Source of the DNA: a virus
Lineage: Duplodnaviria; Heunggongvirae; Uroviricota; Caudoviricetes
DNA: 39,374 nucleotides
Virus record (IMG/VR): IMGVR_UViG_3300029009_000036
Coordinates: 1-39,374 of that record
Direction: 5' to 3' (one strand)
Shown piece after piece: positions 9,204 through 19,394 of the stretch. The notes below the pieces were generated by a model. That model was not told the origin of the DNA, searched no databases, and saw nothing but the letters and a program-made list of their open reading frames with translations. Both the position numbers and the translations under genes were made by a program. Position 1 is the stretch's first letter. Each line of letters opens with the position of its first letter.

Positions 9204-10573
9204 TGCACTGGCACCTTCAGAGGGATCACCGGCACAAAGCCGGGATGCGTAATGGCATTACGCCGAATAATGTCCGCGTCACGCGCCGCGTTATCAAACC
9301 AGGTCGCCGCCAGCACCAGCGCGGGTAAAACCTCATCCGGTGTGCGCTGAATGATCCGTGCAGACTGTTCAAGGCGCGTGTTGATATCCGCATTCAGATC
9401 TGCTTTCACCCGGCGCAGCGCCAGAAACAGCGCATCACTGGTTGTACGGGACAACTCCTTATCAATTGCCGTATTCAGTGTGTCGCGAATGTCAGTCAGT
9501 TCTTCCCACGTCGGCAGGTCAACTGTGTTTTTCACCGCCGGTGCATTGTTCAGTGCCGGATGCGTGACGGAAGTCCAGCCAGTGCTCTGCGCAGGTGTTG
9601 TTGCCTGCCCCACTGCGGCATTCTGCATCACCGCGGAAGTTGTTGGCGCAGGCAATCGGGTGACGGCATACGCCGCTTCGCTGATTGCGGTCGTACGAAG
9701 GGTGCTGGCAACCACGTTACGCTGCTGCGTAGCCGTGGCGGTGGTTTTACTGTCCGTTTTCCAGACGCCGCGCGGTTGCAGATCGCTGCCGAGGCTGACA
9801 CCGGAAAGCGTTTTGATCATGGTGACCAGGTCGCTGGCGTTACCATAAAGGCGTTTCCCGGTACGCCACATTTTCTGCACCTGCTCAACGAAATTTTTGC
9901 CTGACGATGGCGGCGGCAGAAGTACCGAGATATCCCCCTGCAACAGCCTGGCGGCATCCGATACGGCAGAATCCACCACTTTCATCGCATCAGAAACATA
10001 CCCCAGCATTATGCTGGCATTACCGATAACGTCGTTCTGCACGAAATCCGCCACACCATCGATACTGAAACCGCTGAAGCTGTCACTGATGCAGTCATCC
10101 AGTGCAGAACAGGATGACATCAGCGTCTGCGCCGTCGCCGTACCTGATGTGGGGTAAGAGAGTTCTCCTGCTTCGACAAACTTCAGGTCAAAGCGGACAA
10201 TACGCCCTTCACTTTTCGATGTGCTGACCCGAACTTCCCCGTCAACACAGACTTTCAGCTCACCATATGTCGGGTGGACAAGCGTGCCGGGACCGGGTTT
10301 ATTCAGCGCTTCAATCAGGCGATCGCGCTGGTCAAAGCAGTCATCTCCCACCACATAAGCTGTGATGGACGGGCGGAAAGTGACTTTTCCCAGATCTTCG
10401 GTATAGGGCTTGTCGCGGTTCGGGTATTCATGTGTTTCCACACGACGACCGGTTCCCGCACTTTCTTCTTCAACCTTAAACGGCACACCTCGAAATGATG
10501 CTTCAAGTAGCTTTTCACGCCAGCCACTTCGAGAATCAGAGGATAGGTACGAAGAAATATGAGAAAAATCCAT
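9200..10573 (-). CDS. DNA circulation protein-like tail protein (Mu gp43-like)
   Basis: 457 aa, ATG at 10573; position downstream of tape measure. Confidence 0.7.
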   Translation of the reverse strand: MDFSHISSYLSSDSRSGWREKLLEASFRGVPFKVEEESAGTGRRVETHEYPNRDKPYTEDLGKVTFRPSITAYVVGDDCFDQRDRLIEALNKPGPGTLVHPTYGELKVCVDGEVRVSTSKSEGRIVRFDLKFVEAGELSYPTSGTATAQTLMSSCSALDDCISDSFSGFSIDGVADFVQNDVIGNASIMLGYVSDAMKVVDSAVSDAARLLQGDISVLLPPPSSGKNFVEQVQKMWRTGKRLYGNASDLVTMIKTLSGVSLGSDLQPRGVWKTDSKTTATATQQRNVVASTLRTTAISEAAYAVTRLPAPTTSAVMQNAAVGQATTPAQSTGWTSVTHPALNNAPAVKNTVDLPTWEELTDIRDTLNTAIDKELSRTTSDALFLALRRVKADLNADINTRLEQSARIIQRTPDEVLPALVLAATWFDNAARDADIIRRNAITHPGFVPVIPLKVPVQ

Positions 10574-10589
10574 GGCGTCACCTCAAATA

Positions 10590-10616
10590 AAAACCGCGTG
10601 TAAACGCGGTTTTTTA
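10590..10616. terminator. Bidirectional rho-independent terminator
   Basis: Perfect 10-bp stem aaaaccgcgt / acgcggtttt with gtaa loop, T-run on plus strand and A-run giving U-run on minus strand; 14 nt downstream of moron stop. Confidence 0.7.
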
Positions 10617-10629
10617 TTAGGTAATAAAA

Positions 10630-11118
10630 TTAACGATCATAATCAACATTATGAGTATCTATTCTACATGATGAATAAGTAATTCCGCTTTCACCACTAA
10701 TATTTACGCCAGCCTTTACCTTCCCTGTTTTCGTAACATCAACAAAGAATTGCCCTCTTGGCATTTTAAATGCAAAAGAGAAACCAATAATTTCCGAGTC
10801 AAAGTTATTTTCATCCTCACTAATTGGTACAATAAAAGTCAATGGCGCAGATTGTGAGTTATTTTCAAAATCAAAAGCACCAATGCTTTTATTAAACTCG
10901 TAGGATGCTTTTTTTATTAAAAGAGTTCCACTTGCCGACTTTGCTGGGCATATTACAGACAGTTTATTTATTCCCTCTACATCTAGATCTATATTCTTAT
11001 CCGCTGAAGTTTTAACGTTATCTATAAAGTATGTAGCAAGCTGCTTTTCCGTTACTGGCTTCGCAAAGGAGTTTAATGGCAGTCCTACAGCCAACAACAA
11101 TATAAACATTTTCTTCAT
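10630..11118 (-). CDS. Moron: secreted (signal-peptide) protein of unknown function
   Basis: ATG at 11118 with AGGAGAG RBS; MKKMFILLLAVGLPLNSFA-KPV... is a classical Sec signal peptide with AxA-like cleavage site, no lipobox; very AT-rich; own terminator. Confidence 0.7.
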   Translation of the reverse strand: MKKMFILLLAVGLPLNSFAKPVTEKQLATYFIDNVKTSADKNIDLDVEGINKLSVICPAKSASGTLLIKKASYEFNKSIGAFDFENNSQSAPLTFIVPISEDENNFDSEIIGFSFAFKMPRGQFFVDVTKTGKVKAGVNISGESGITYSSCRIDTHNVDYDR

Positions 11119-11182
11119 ATTCTCTCCTACATTCAGCACAAACTTTACCACTCAATAACCCTACTTGATTAAAGTAGTTATA

Positions 11183-13084
11183 TTATCGTCTGAATGGAGA
11201 ATACCCCACATCGTGCGTGATTTTCATCAGGGGATCGGCTTTGCCCGGTACATCAATTATCTTCATACCTGGCGGAGCATTCTCGAACGTGACTTTCAGC
11301 TCGCTGTGCTGTGTCATGGAAGAAGATGGATTCAACAGCGGAACATTGGGTTTGTACTGACTCAGGCTGGCCTGATACTGCTCGTACTCTTTACGATCAA
11401 AAAAAGGCGTCCAGTCTGAAGCCAGAAACAGCCCTTTATTATCCAGCCAGTTAACCGTATCTTCAGGAATAACACTTTCCAGAGTATCTTTAACCGGCTC
11501 ATACATCAGGGTTCCCAGAAAACCATATACCCCGGCCTTCCCGATAAAGCCGCGGCCTTTCCCCATCAATCCCGTTTCTGCCGATACCTTCCCCAGCGTA
11601 CGCATCTCTCTGGTCACTGCGGTAATGGATTTGGTAACGTCAGCAACCCATTTGGTTGCCATAAACAGGGCAATCGCTTTCAGAACAGTTTCCCATCCCC
11701 CCATCGCCTGCGCCGTTTCATCCACCACGTGCCAGACTTTTTTTATGACAGGACCTACGGTTTCCCAGTTATCAATAATGAGGTAAGCGCCACCAACCAG
11801 AAGAGCAATCAACCCCTTAGCAGGCGTCATATTCATCACACCGCCGAGAACTTTCATAATTCTGGACAAAGAGCCTGCAGCGGCTCCCACCGTCAGTAAG
11901 GCCAGACCGATTTTAGCAATGGTCTTAACGAGCTCCGGGTTTTCACGAACAAACGTTCTCACTTCCTCAAGGAGCGGTTTTACCGCTTCAAGACCATCAT
12001 TAACCTCAGGAAGAAACGTTTCCCCCAGCGTGGAAGAAATGGCATCAAGTTGATTTTGCAGAAGTAAAAGCTGGTTTTCCGTCGTCGCTGCCCTCGAAGC
12101 ATATTCCTTCTGCATCGAACTGCCATACTGCTGGGAATCCGCAACCCGCCTGAAGTTGGTACGCAACAAATCAAGGTTAGTCAGCAGAGGTGCTATCGCG
12201 CCCAGAGACTCTTTCCCGAACAGGGCATTCAGCACAGCTGCCTGTTTTTCTTTAGGCACTTTAGCCATCGCATCCAGTACAGACAGCATGGTGCCCCGGG
12301 CATCTTTCTGCATATCAGCAGCTAATTTCTTCGGATTGATCCGCAGAAAACGCAATGCCTGTTTCTGCGATTTTGTCGCAGAATTTCCCGCGGTCAGGGA
12401 AAGCATGAAGTTCTTGATCCCTGTGGCGGCAATTTCTGACTCCACGCCCATCCCGGCAATGGTTGCCCCCATTGCCGCGATTTCGCCGGAAGCCACACCT
12501 GCAACACCACCTAAAGGACCAATACGCGTAACAATATCGGAGATTTTCTTCGCGTTCGCCGGGCCGGTATTACCAAGGTAGTTGATTTTGTCAGCCAGCC
12601 CGGCCACTTCATCCTGCGTCATATTAAACGCAGTACGCCACTGGGCCATCATCTGCCCGGACTCTTCAGCCGTGGTATCAAAGGCCACGCCCATCTTCAC
12701 CGCATCAGTGGCAAACTGCATCAGTTCATCACGTGCAATCCCGGCCTGACCGCCAGCCGCCACAATTTCCGCGATCCCGTCTGCAGACATGGGAAGCTCA
12801 GTAGACAAAGCGCGTACCTGCTCCGTCATGGCCTTAAACGCATCCGGCGTATCCAGACCGTCCACCACTTTGCGGACATCAGCCATCTTCGATTCAAGGG
12901 TGATGGCTGATTTTACAGGGAGTGCCAGTGCCCCCATTATTGCAGTACCCGCCCCGGCAGCGCCCAGAGCAAGGCTGGAGACTTCTTTCTGAAATCCCTT
13001 AAGCTGACGCTGCATACCTTTAAGCGGGCCGGACAGCCTGTCAACAGCGGTGATGATGGCTTTCAGCTGAAAATTATCAGCCAT
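11183..13084 (-). CDS. Tail tape measure protein
   Basis: 633 aa, ATG at 13084; Ala/Gly-rich helical sequence with hydrophobic segments; position after tail tube/chaperone. Confidence 0.85.
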   Translation of the reverse strand: MADNFQLKAIITAVDRLSGPLKGMQRQLKGFQKEVSSLALGAAGAGTAIMGALALPVKSAITLESKMADVRKVVDGLDTPDAFKAMTEQVRALSTELPMSADGIAEIVAAGGQAGIARDELMQFATDAVKMGVAFDTTAEESGQMMAQWRTAFNMTQDEVAGLADKINYLGNTGPANAKKISDIVTRIGPLGGVAGVASGEIAAMGATIAGMGVESEIAATGIKNFMLSLTAGNSATKSQKQALRFLRINPKKLAADMQKDARGTMLSVLDAMAKVPKEKQAAVLNALFGKESLGAIAPLLTNLDLLRTNFRRVADSQQYGSSMQKEYASRAATTENQLLLLQNQLDAISSTLGETFLPEVNDGLEAVKPLLEEVRTFVRENPELVKTIAKIGLALLTVGAAAGSLSRIMKVLGGVMNMTPAKGLIALLVGGAYLIIDNWETVGPVIKKVWHVVDETAQAMGGWETVLKAIALFMATKWVADVTKSITAVTREMRTLGKVSAETGLMGKGRGFIGKAGVYGFLGTLMYEPVKDTLESVIPEDTVNWLDNKGLFLASDWTPFFDRKEYEQYQASLSQYKPNVPLLNPSSSMTQHSELKVTFENAPPGMKIIDVPGKADPLMKITHDVGYSPFRR

Positions 13085-13168
13085 GCTTCATCTCCTCATT
13101 TATACGGACAGCCTCTGCCTCCAGATCAGCAAAGTGGGAAATAGCCGTCCGGCGAAGTTCAAGGGGGT

Positions 13169-13492
13169 TTAATTTCCAGAACCACGCGACATTGTAGAAT
13201 CGCTTCCGGAGCTCTCTTCCGTCTCCAAGCCGGTAAAAAAACGCATTACAATCATGCCTGCCTTGAAAATATCCAGCTTCGTCATCTGCGCTGCAGACGA
13301 GCGCGGGATCCCGGCCAGAAGCGGGATATATTTCAGCGCCACCTGACTGTCCATTTTCATACCACCATCAGGCGAAACAGAGAAAGGGAACCCCAGCGCC
13401 TCAATCTCGTCATACGTAGGCTCACGTATTTCCAGCACATGCAGTGTTTCTTTGTGGGCGATGATCGGTTTTTTAAGTACAAGCTCAATCAC
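13169..13492 (-). CDS. Tail assembly chaperone (Mu gp41 / P2 gpE-like)
   Basis: 107 aa; start codon is GTG at 13492; small acidic protein between tube and tape measure. Confidence 0.6.
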   Translation of the reverse strand: MIELVLKKPIIAHKETLHVLEIREPTYDEIEALGFPFSVSPDGGMKMDSQVALKYIPLLAGIPRSSAAQMTKLDIFKAGMIVMRFFTGLETEESSGSDSTMSRGSGN

Positions 13493-13845
13493 TGGTAATC
13501 CCCTTCTTCACCGTGGAACTCAAGATCAACCGTGCCTTCTTCGGCATTATGGTTCGCTTCGCCGTGCAGCCAGGCAGACGACAATACATAGACCTGACCG
13601 TTCGCCAGCTCGGCAGTGATGGTCATCTCATCAGACGAGGTGATTTTGCTCACCGGAAAATTCTTCGGCACCTTGAAGGTCCCTTTGACATAAGGCGCAC
13701 GGTGAGTTTCCTTGCGGTCCACTGAACCGTCCAGGCCGATGATGTCATCATTGACCGTCCTGTTCATGGGCACCTCAATGCCGCCGGTCAGCGATAGCTG
13801 CTGACCGTCAATTTTGAAATAACAGGTTCCCCCGATACGGGCCAT
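13489..13845 (-). CDS. Tail tube protein
   Basis: 118 aa, ATG at 13845, immediately after sheath gene. Confidence 0.75.
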   Translation of the reverse strand: MARIGGTCYFKIDGQQLSLTGGIEVPMNRTVNDDIIGLDGSVDRKETHRAPYVKGTFKVPKNFPVSKITSSDEMTITAELANGQVYVLSSAWLHGEANHNAEEGTVDLEFHGEEGDYQ

Positions 13846-15341
13846 TATGCAGACTCCTCTGAATACTGAAGACGGAACTGGTTAACCACGGCAAAAACAC
13901 GCAACTGGTTAACATAGTCAGGCGGGAACAGCGTGTTCAGGCGGTTCGGATCGCTGGCATCACGCTCCACAACCAGGTACTGCTTAAACAGTTCGTAGTT
14001 TTCCACGATCCCCGCTCGCTCAAGCTGACGGTAGGTTGCCAGCAGTTCCCCTTTGATCACCGCCGGGGTGACAATCGCCTGACCGGGACCAAAGCGGGTA
14101 CCGTCACTGGCAAGCTTGTGACGCCCGTACTTACTGGTAATGACGGATTTCAGTTTGCGCAGTACATACGCGCTGGTATGCAGCGTCTCGCTGTCGAGGT
14201 AGCTGTTATCCGCAACCCCGTAAGCGTTTTTCCTGTACGTGGTGACATCACGCTGAATGCGCAGTACCCCGCTTTCGACATACGCCGTTGCCACGCCATG
14301 AGACAGCAGGGTCTGTTGTTCGGTCATCGTGAACCGTTTCCCCTTCGGCGCAGGCAGCATACCCACCAGCTCACCGGTCTGCGTGGGACGTGCCGGATCG
14401 TTGCGAATAAACACCGCTGCGCGGGCGGTACGGCTTGCCGCCAGCTCATCGGCAGGCGTCTGGGTGTCTTTTTCATACCCCGCCAGGGTAATGTGCTGCT
14501 GGTTAAACTGGTCACCTGCGGTCACCAGTTCTGACAGCGTGCCGATCTTTGCCGTATACACATGACCATACAGCTGACGCGCATAGCTCCAGCGACCGCT
14601 GGTATCGTTCATCTCGGTCACCAGCGTGTTAACGGAGGCCGTGTCGTTGAACGGCAGGCCGATATAATCAAACGGCTCATCCGCCATTGCAGCCACCGCG
14701 CCAGTGAGAACAGGAGAGCCCGTTCCGGCGGTCCCCGTCGCCACGGCAATCTGTACGCCCGCAGGCAGCACTTCGCCCCCACCAAAGCCGTAGTAATTGA
14801 GGCTGACAGGAATTTCATTCCCGCAAAGCCCCTTATGACGCGCGGTCAGTGTGACCACGCCTGCCGAAGATGAGGCCGTAAACGGCAGGGTCGGAACGGC
14901 ATTGATGGCATCCTGGATACTGCTGGCAATCGTCGTGACGTTATCGCCGTTGGTCACCGAAGCCTGCACACGGGTACGTCCCACATAGACATTCACCGTG
15001 CCGCTTTCGGTTGCCGCCCCGGTCACCGTCAGCGTAACCGTTGCCGCCGCGCCTGTGGCTTCCGGAACGGCAATCACATACAGCTCACCAAACGGGTCGG
15101 TCTGGCGATAAGCCTCGACCATACGCGCCAGCTGACTTCCCGCACCACAAATCTGGCGTGCATAGTCTGCCGACGGCATCAGCACCAGACTGTTGGCAAC
15201 AATCTCTGCACCGTTATTGGCATGACCAATCAGCAGCGATGCTCCGCTGTCCTGTGCAGTATTCGCAGCCTGGTTATCCATTTCCGCATAAAACAGCGGA
15301 ACCAGCGTATTCGACGGAATGGTGTTAAAGCTTATCGTCAT
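13845..15341 (-). CDS. Contractile tail sheath protein
   Basis: 498 aa, ATG at 15341; size and position typical of Mu-like sheath. Confidence 0.85.
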   Translation of the reverse strand: MTISFNTIPSNTLVPLFYAEMDNQAANTAQDSGASLLIGHANNGAEIVANSLVLMPSADYARQICGAGSQLARMVEAYRQTDPFGELYVIAVPEATGAAATVTLTVTGAATESGTVNVYVGRTRVQASVTNGDNVTTIASSIQDAINAVPTLPFTASSSAGVVTLTARHKGLCGNEIPVSLNYYGFGGGEVLPAGVQIAVATGTAGTGSPVLTGAVAAMADEPFDYIGLPFNDTASVNTLVTEMNDTSGRWSYARQLYGHVYTAKIGTLSELVTAGDQFNQQHITLAGYEKDTQTPADELAASRTARAAVFIRNDPARPTQTGELVGMLPAPKGKRFTMTEQQTLLSHGVATAYVESGVLRIQRDVTTYRKNAYGVADNSYLDSETLHTSAYVLRKLKSVITSKYGRHKLASDGTRFGPGQAIVTPAVIKGELLATYRQLERAGIVENYELFKQYLVVERDASDPNRLNTLFPPDYVNQLRVFAVVNQFRLQYSEESA

Positions 15342-15495
15342 CGGTGTTCACCTTTTTATTCACGCGCCGGATATCACCCGCTGCTTCACGGCGCAGCCAG
15401 TAGTTGTTCTCATCAACATTTCGCCCTTCGGCGGGCAAAAGGTCGCCGCGGGCAGGGTCAGGCACTGACCGCCCTTTAACAGGTTTCACAAACAT
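15325..15495 (-). CDS. Small hypothetical protein (56 aa) preceding sheath gene
   Basis: ATG at 15495 with GAGGA upstream; MFVKPVKGRSVPDPARGDLLPAEGRNVDENNYWLRREAAGDIRRVNKKVNTDDDKL; below ORF-track size cut-off. Confidence 0.3.
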   Translation of the reverse strand: MFVKPVKGRSVPDPARGDLLPAEGRNVDENNYWLRREAAGDIRRVNKKVNTDDDKL

Positions 15496-15503
15496 GATGA
15501 TCC

Positions 15504-16064
15504 TCAGGAAGGAAGGGGTATTTCGGTGTGATGTTCGATATCGCCGTCAGGCCCGTTACCGGGATCGAGATAATCAACATCAATCGCCAGCGTTCGCAGT
15601 TCATCCAGACTGTTCAGGTCATCCTGCTGGCGGGTATCGTCTTCGGTCAGCTCGCTGATGACCGAAAAATCGAACTGATAAATCAGCTCATGACGATTCA
15701 GATCCAGCAGCGTGCCGCCGTCATAGGTAATCGGGTTACCACACGCTTCCGGGTTCCAGCCCAGCAGAGCCTTAAAGAGCATCTGCCGGACATCGTCCAC
15801 CACATCATACGAGGCAAACTGACCGCGCTCATCACGCCCGTTACTCAGTATGACAACCACGGAGAAGCCCTCTTTCAACTCCTGCCAGTAGTCGGTCTGG
15901 CTTTTGTTTTCTCCCGGAGAGTCATCACCCGGTACCACATACGCCGCCGGGAGTCTCAGCTTTCCGACCTCCGGCAGATTTTTGAACTGTGCCGCGCCTG
16001 CCACCCGGTTTTCAAAATACGGGCAGCGGGCACGCAGCGCAGCAATAACAGGCGTCAGTTTCAT
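15504..16064 (-). CDS. Tail completion / neck protein (hypothetical)
   Basis: 186 aa, ATG at 16064; position between head-tail joining genes and sheath. Confidence 0.55.
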   Translation of the reverse strand: MKLTPVIAALRARCPYFENRVAGAAQFKNLPEVGKLRLPAAYVVPGDDSPGENKSQTDYWQELKEGFSVVVILSNGRDERGQFASYDVVDDVRQMLFKALLGWNPEACGNPITYDGGTLLDLNRHELIYQFDFSVISELTEDDTRQQDDLNSLDELRTLAIDVDYLDPGNGPDGDIEHHTEIPLPS

Positions 16065-16567
16065 CTGTGTCGTCGCTCCGGCTTCAGTGATTTACGCAAT
16101 TCCCGCGCCAGAAAATAGCGTGTCCAGCTGCGGTTCTTTTCAAGCGTTTCCACCATGAAGTTATTACGTGGAGCCAGTCGCCAGCCGCTGCCACCGGATG
16201 CACCACGATGATGACTACGACGACGTTTTGCTCCTCCCCGGACACCAAAAAACAGAAACGCCGGATAGAAGTCACCAGAGATCATCCGGTTCCCCTTCCC
16301 GTTGCGCTGGTTAGGGGCAATGCGTGTCATAAAACCGGCTCGCTTTTTACTGGCTCTCGGCACCATATAACCAATCGAACGAGCCAGGCGTCCGGTCTGA
16401 TAACCGGGGTTTTCACCCGGTGCCGACCGCGCACGGCGCATCACCAGCCGACGGGCATCACGCATATGACGCTGCCCAATCGTGACAAACGCCCGCCGGA
16501 CACGGGCGCGGTTAAAGCGCATCTCGGCGGGCTGCTGAACATCAACGTGAAAAAAGGGAGTCGCCAT
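16061..16567 (-). CDS. HK97 gp10-like virion morphogenesis protein
   Basis: 168 aa, ATG at 16567; basic protein in head-tail joining cluster. Confidence 0.6.
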   Translation of the reverse strand: MATPFFHVDVQQPAEMRFNRARVRRAFVTIGQRHMRDARRLVMRRARSAPGENPGYQTGRLARSIGYMVPRASKKRAGFMTRIAPNQRNGKGNRMISGDFYPAFLFFGVRGGAKRRRSHHRGASGGSGWRLAPRNNFMVETLEKNRSWTRYFLARELRKSLKPERRHR

Positions 16568-16952
16568 TGCTGCCTCCGTGACTCTGCCTACATTCGCCCA
16601 GCTCCGTACACTCCAGCAGCAGAAAGCGCCGCGCCCCGTTCAGATCACGCTGACGTTTCACCCGGTACACACTGTCACCGCAGACCACCTCATAATCAGC
16701 GGTGATCCCCCGGCGGTAACGAATGGTGATGTAATGGGTGATGGCGTCCCCGGTCTGCGCGGTTTCCTGCCAGGTGGTGGCACTGGTCTGGATAACCTTC
16801 GCCCATGTCCGGAACGTAACCGGGTATTGAGGCTCCACGCCAAAGTTATCCGCGGGCATATCCACCCGCAGGCGGATCAGGACGTGTTTATTCAGTTCAC
16901 CGGGGTCCGGCAGAATGTAGGTTGCGCTGGTCTGCGCCTGACGAATTTTCAT
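16542..16952 (-). CDS. Head closure / head-tail adaptor protein
   Basis: 136 aa, ATG at 16952. Confidence 0.6.
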   Translation of the reverse strand: MKIRQAQTSATYILPDPGELNKHVLIRLRVDMPADNFGVEPQYPVTFRTWAKVIQTSATTWQETAQTGDAITHYITIRYRRGITADYEVVCGDSVYRVKRQRDLNGARRFLLLECTELGECRQSHGGSNGDSLFSR

Positions 16953-17272
16953 TGCGGAAAGTACCTGTACGGGCCGACAAGCCAGCCAAAACTCTGCGGC
17001 ATGTCGAGTTTCTCCACTTCCGTAACCGACGAGCGGTTTTCGTAAAAATGGCTGATAAGCATCAGCATCCCCAGACGAATATCATCCGGCAGGTGCAGCC
17101 CGTCCGGATCGCTCTCCGGAATGGTTTCATCCGGTGCATAGAGCTTCCGGTTCAGATACGTTTCCGTCCGCTTTTGCGCCGCACAGGCCAGCAGTTGCAG
17201 ATGGCGGTCATCAGCATCGAAATCCTCATCCAGCCGGAGTTGGGCTTTAATCTCTTCCATTGTCAGAAGCAT
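16949..17272 (-). CDS. Head-tail connector protein (gp6-like)
   Basis: 107 aa, ATG at 17272; MLLTMEEIKAQLRLDEDFDADD... typical of gp6-like connector proteins. Confidence 0.7.
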   Translation of the reverse strand: MLLTMEEIKAQLRLDEDFDADDRHLQLLACAAQKRTETYLNRKLYAPDETIPESDPDGLHLPDDIRLGMLMLISHFYENRSSVTEVEKLDMPQSFGWLVGPYRYFPQ

Positions 17273-17274
17273 AC

Positions 17275-17475
17275 TCAGCCCTCTTTACTGGTCGTGGCTT
17301 TTTTCTCTTTTGTCGCTTTACTGCTTTTTGCACTGGTTCCGCGCTCTACTACCCCGGCCTGAAGTGCAATCTCCTGCACCCGGGCAGGAAGCGCCCCGTC
17401 GTCATACTCACCGGCCCGAATGACCTCAACACGCATACCGTCCGGTGACCATTTCAGATCTTGTTTCAGGATCAT
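17275..17475 (-). CDS. Small hypothetical protein after major capsid gene
   Basis: 66 aa, ATG at 17475; Lys/Ser/Thr-rich C-terminus. Confidence 0.4.
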   Translation of the reverse strand: MILKQDLKWSPDGMRVEVIRAGEYDDGALPARVQEIALQAGVVERGTSAKSSKATKEKKATTSKEG

Positions 17476-17523
17476 AATTCTTCACCCGTCAGAACAGGGG
17501 CGCGGTTCCGCGCCCCTGAGTGA

Positions 17524-18729
17524 TTACGCCACTGCAATCTTCAGCAGTTTGATGGCCTGCGAATCGACCAGCATGCCGCCGGTGCGTTTGGTGGTATAAA
17601 AACCGACAAACGGTTTATTGGTGTACGGGTCGCGCAGAATGCGGGTGCCGATACGGTCAACGATGGTGTAACCCCGTTTGAAGTTACCAAATGCAATGGC
17701 TTTCGCATCAGCGGCGATATCCGGCATCTGTTCGTTTTCAGCGATACCGTAACCCGCCAGAGAGGACGGCTGCCCCAGCTCCAGCCCCGGACGCCACAGA
17801 TAGTTACCCTCGCTGTCTTTCAGCAGACGGATGGCAAACAGGCTGTTGTTGTTCATCATGAACTTCGCGCCTGTGCGGTGTGCCTTACGCAGCGTGTAAA
17901 TCAGTTTGATAATGGCGTCTGCGGTCACCGCCGTCGCGTCGCCGGATACAATATGCTGAAGTTTGCCGAACGCCCGGACCTTATCGGTTTCATCCGTGGA
18001 TTCATACGCCAGGAACCCTTTCGGCTTCTTGGTACCATCGCCGGTGGTAAAGGCAATTTCTTCCTGTTCGGCAAATTCGGTTGCCAGCTCGCTGTTGATC
18101 CATGCTTCCACGTTGAAAAAGGCATCATCCAGCATTTTCTGGGTGGCCTGCGGGTTACCGTAGATTTCCCCCATGAAAGGTTCAATCAGGCCCAGTTTTG
18201 AGGTGGCAGTCTGGGAGCGCGCGTCAGTCTCGCCAACCCATCCGGAAGCCGTGCCGCCCAGATTCACCAGTTTTTTATAGTCGGAACCACCAACGGTGAT
18301 CACCGTGGCTTCCTGGCGCATCACCACTTCATCTTTCAGCAGGGTGAGAATGTTGCGATCCAGTGCTTCCGGCACGGCATAGCCGCCGTCTTCATCGGTG
18401 CCCACCTGTAATGCCTTGCGCTCCAGATCGCGCAGACCATCTTCACGGCCTTTACGCAGGAAGCCCACAAACGCTTCTTTATGCTCGGTGGCCAGTTTAT
18501 TTTGCGCACCACCTGCCGGACGTTTCAGCTCAAGCAGCTCTTTTTCAAGATCGCTTTTGAGGTTTTCCAGCTCGCTGAGTTTCCCGTTCAGGGTTTCCAC
18601 CTGCCCGGCAAGCTTGCCTTTTTCCTGCTCAATCGCATCCACGCGCTTGTCGTTCTTTGCTTTGAAGTCGTCAAACTTCTGCTGCAGCTCCTGCGCGACC
18701 TGTTCGACATCTTTAATATCAACCGCCAT
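17524..18729 (-). CDS. Major capsid protein (HK97 fold with N-terminal coiled-coil delta/scaffold domain)
   Basis: 401 aa, ATG at 18729; N-terminal ~120 aa strongly coiled-coil (EQVAQELQQKFDDFKAKND...), followed by capsid-like domain; follows protease gene. Confidence 0.9.
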   Translation of the reverse strand: MAVDIKDVEQVAQELQQKFDDFKAKNDKRVDAIEQEKGKLAGQVETLNGKLSELENLKSDLEKELLELKRPAGGAQNKLATEHKEAFVGFLRKGREDGLRDLERKALQVGTDEDGGYAVPEALDRNILTLLKDEVVMRQEATVITVGGSDYKKLVNLGGTASGWVGETDARSQTATSKLGLIEPFMGEIYGNPQATQKMLDDAFFNVEAWINSELATEFAEQEEIAFTTGDGTKKPKGFLAYESTDETDKVRAFGKLQHIVSGDATAVTADAIIKLIYTLRKAHRTGAKFMMNNNSLFAIRLLKDSEGNYLWRPGLELGQPSSLAGYGIAENEQMPDIAADAKAIAFGNFKRGYTIVDRIGTRILRDPYTNKPFVGFYTTKRTGGMLVDSQAIKLLKIAVA

Positions 18730-18743
18730 CGTATTTCTCCTGA

Positions 18744-19394
18744 TTAGAAGTTCAGATTTTTCAGTGCATTCAGTGCAGAGCCCACATCCTCAGCGTCGCG
18801 CAGGGACAGTGCGCCATAGCCCCCGGCCATGAATGCTTTGGCCTGGGTACGGGAGAGTCCGACATCACGCAGGACTCTTTCGATTTTTTTCTGTTCGGGG
18901 ATTTCCCCGCGGGCCAGTGCGTTCTTGACGTCGCTGATCCGCGCCTCGTCGTTAGACGGGAACGTCACCAGACTGACTTCCCAGAGGTCGATTTCTTTCA
19001 GCAGAAAGGCTTCTTTCGTCCGGTCGTATTCCCAGTCCTTCAGGACGTACCCAATAGAAAGGCCGGTTAACGAACCGGCCTTCATGTGTGCATGTGCGCG
19101 TTTTGCCAGGGGATCATCATCAATGAGCAACCGCCCCCTGACGTAAAGCCCGACATCGTCTTCCTTCATTTCGGTGTAAACACCGATGGGCTCATCCATG
19201 CGGTGCTGCCAGAGCAGCGCAGGTAACGCTTTTCTGTCACTCCACGCCCGCAGGGAAGCAGCAAATGCCCCGGACATCACCACATCATCGTGGCTGTCCT
19301 TTACACCAAAGACGGAGCCATACCCTTCAAACTCACCGGAGTCACTGACAGATTTCAGACTCAGCGGTACATCAAGACGTTGTTTCGTCTGCAT
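18744..19394 (-). CDS. Prohead maturation protease (HK97 family)
   Basis: ORF open to 19430, but ATG at 19394 (MQTKQRLDV...) has AAGGA RBS whereas 19430 has none; ...GYGSVFGVKDSHDDVVMSGAF... protease-like. Confidence 0.8.
   Translation of the reverse strand: MQTKQRLDVPLSLKSVSDSGEFEGYGSVFGVKDSHDDVVMSGAFAASLRAWSDRKALPALLWQHRMDEPIGVYTEMKEDDVGLYVRGRLLIDDDPLAKRAHAHMKAGSLTGLSIGYVLKDWEYDRTKEAFLLKEIDLWEVSLVTFPSNDEARISDVKNALARGEIPEQKKIERVLRDVGLSRTQAKAFMAGGYGALSLRDAEDVGSALNALKNLNF

Noticed and set aside
14118-14873. Several 60-140-aa ORFs on both strands inside the sheath gene
   Set aside because: Overlap a long, well-supported structural gene; Arg-rich spurious frames.
15528-16118. 196-aa plus-strand ORF
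   Set aside because: Antisense to the neck and morphogenesis genes in a tightly packed operon.
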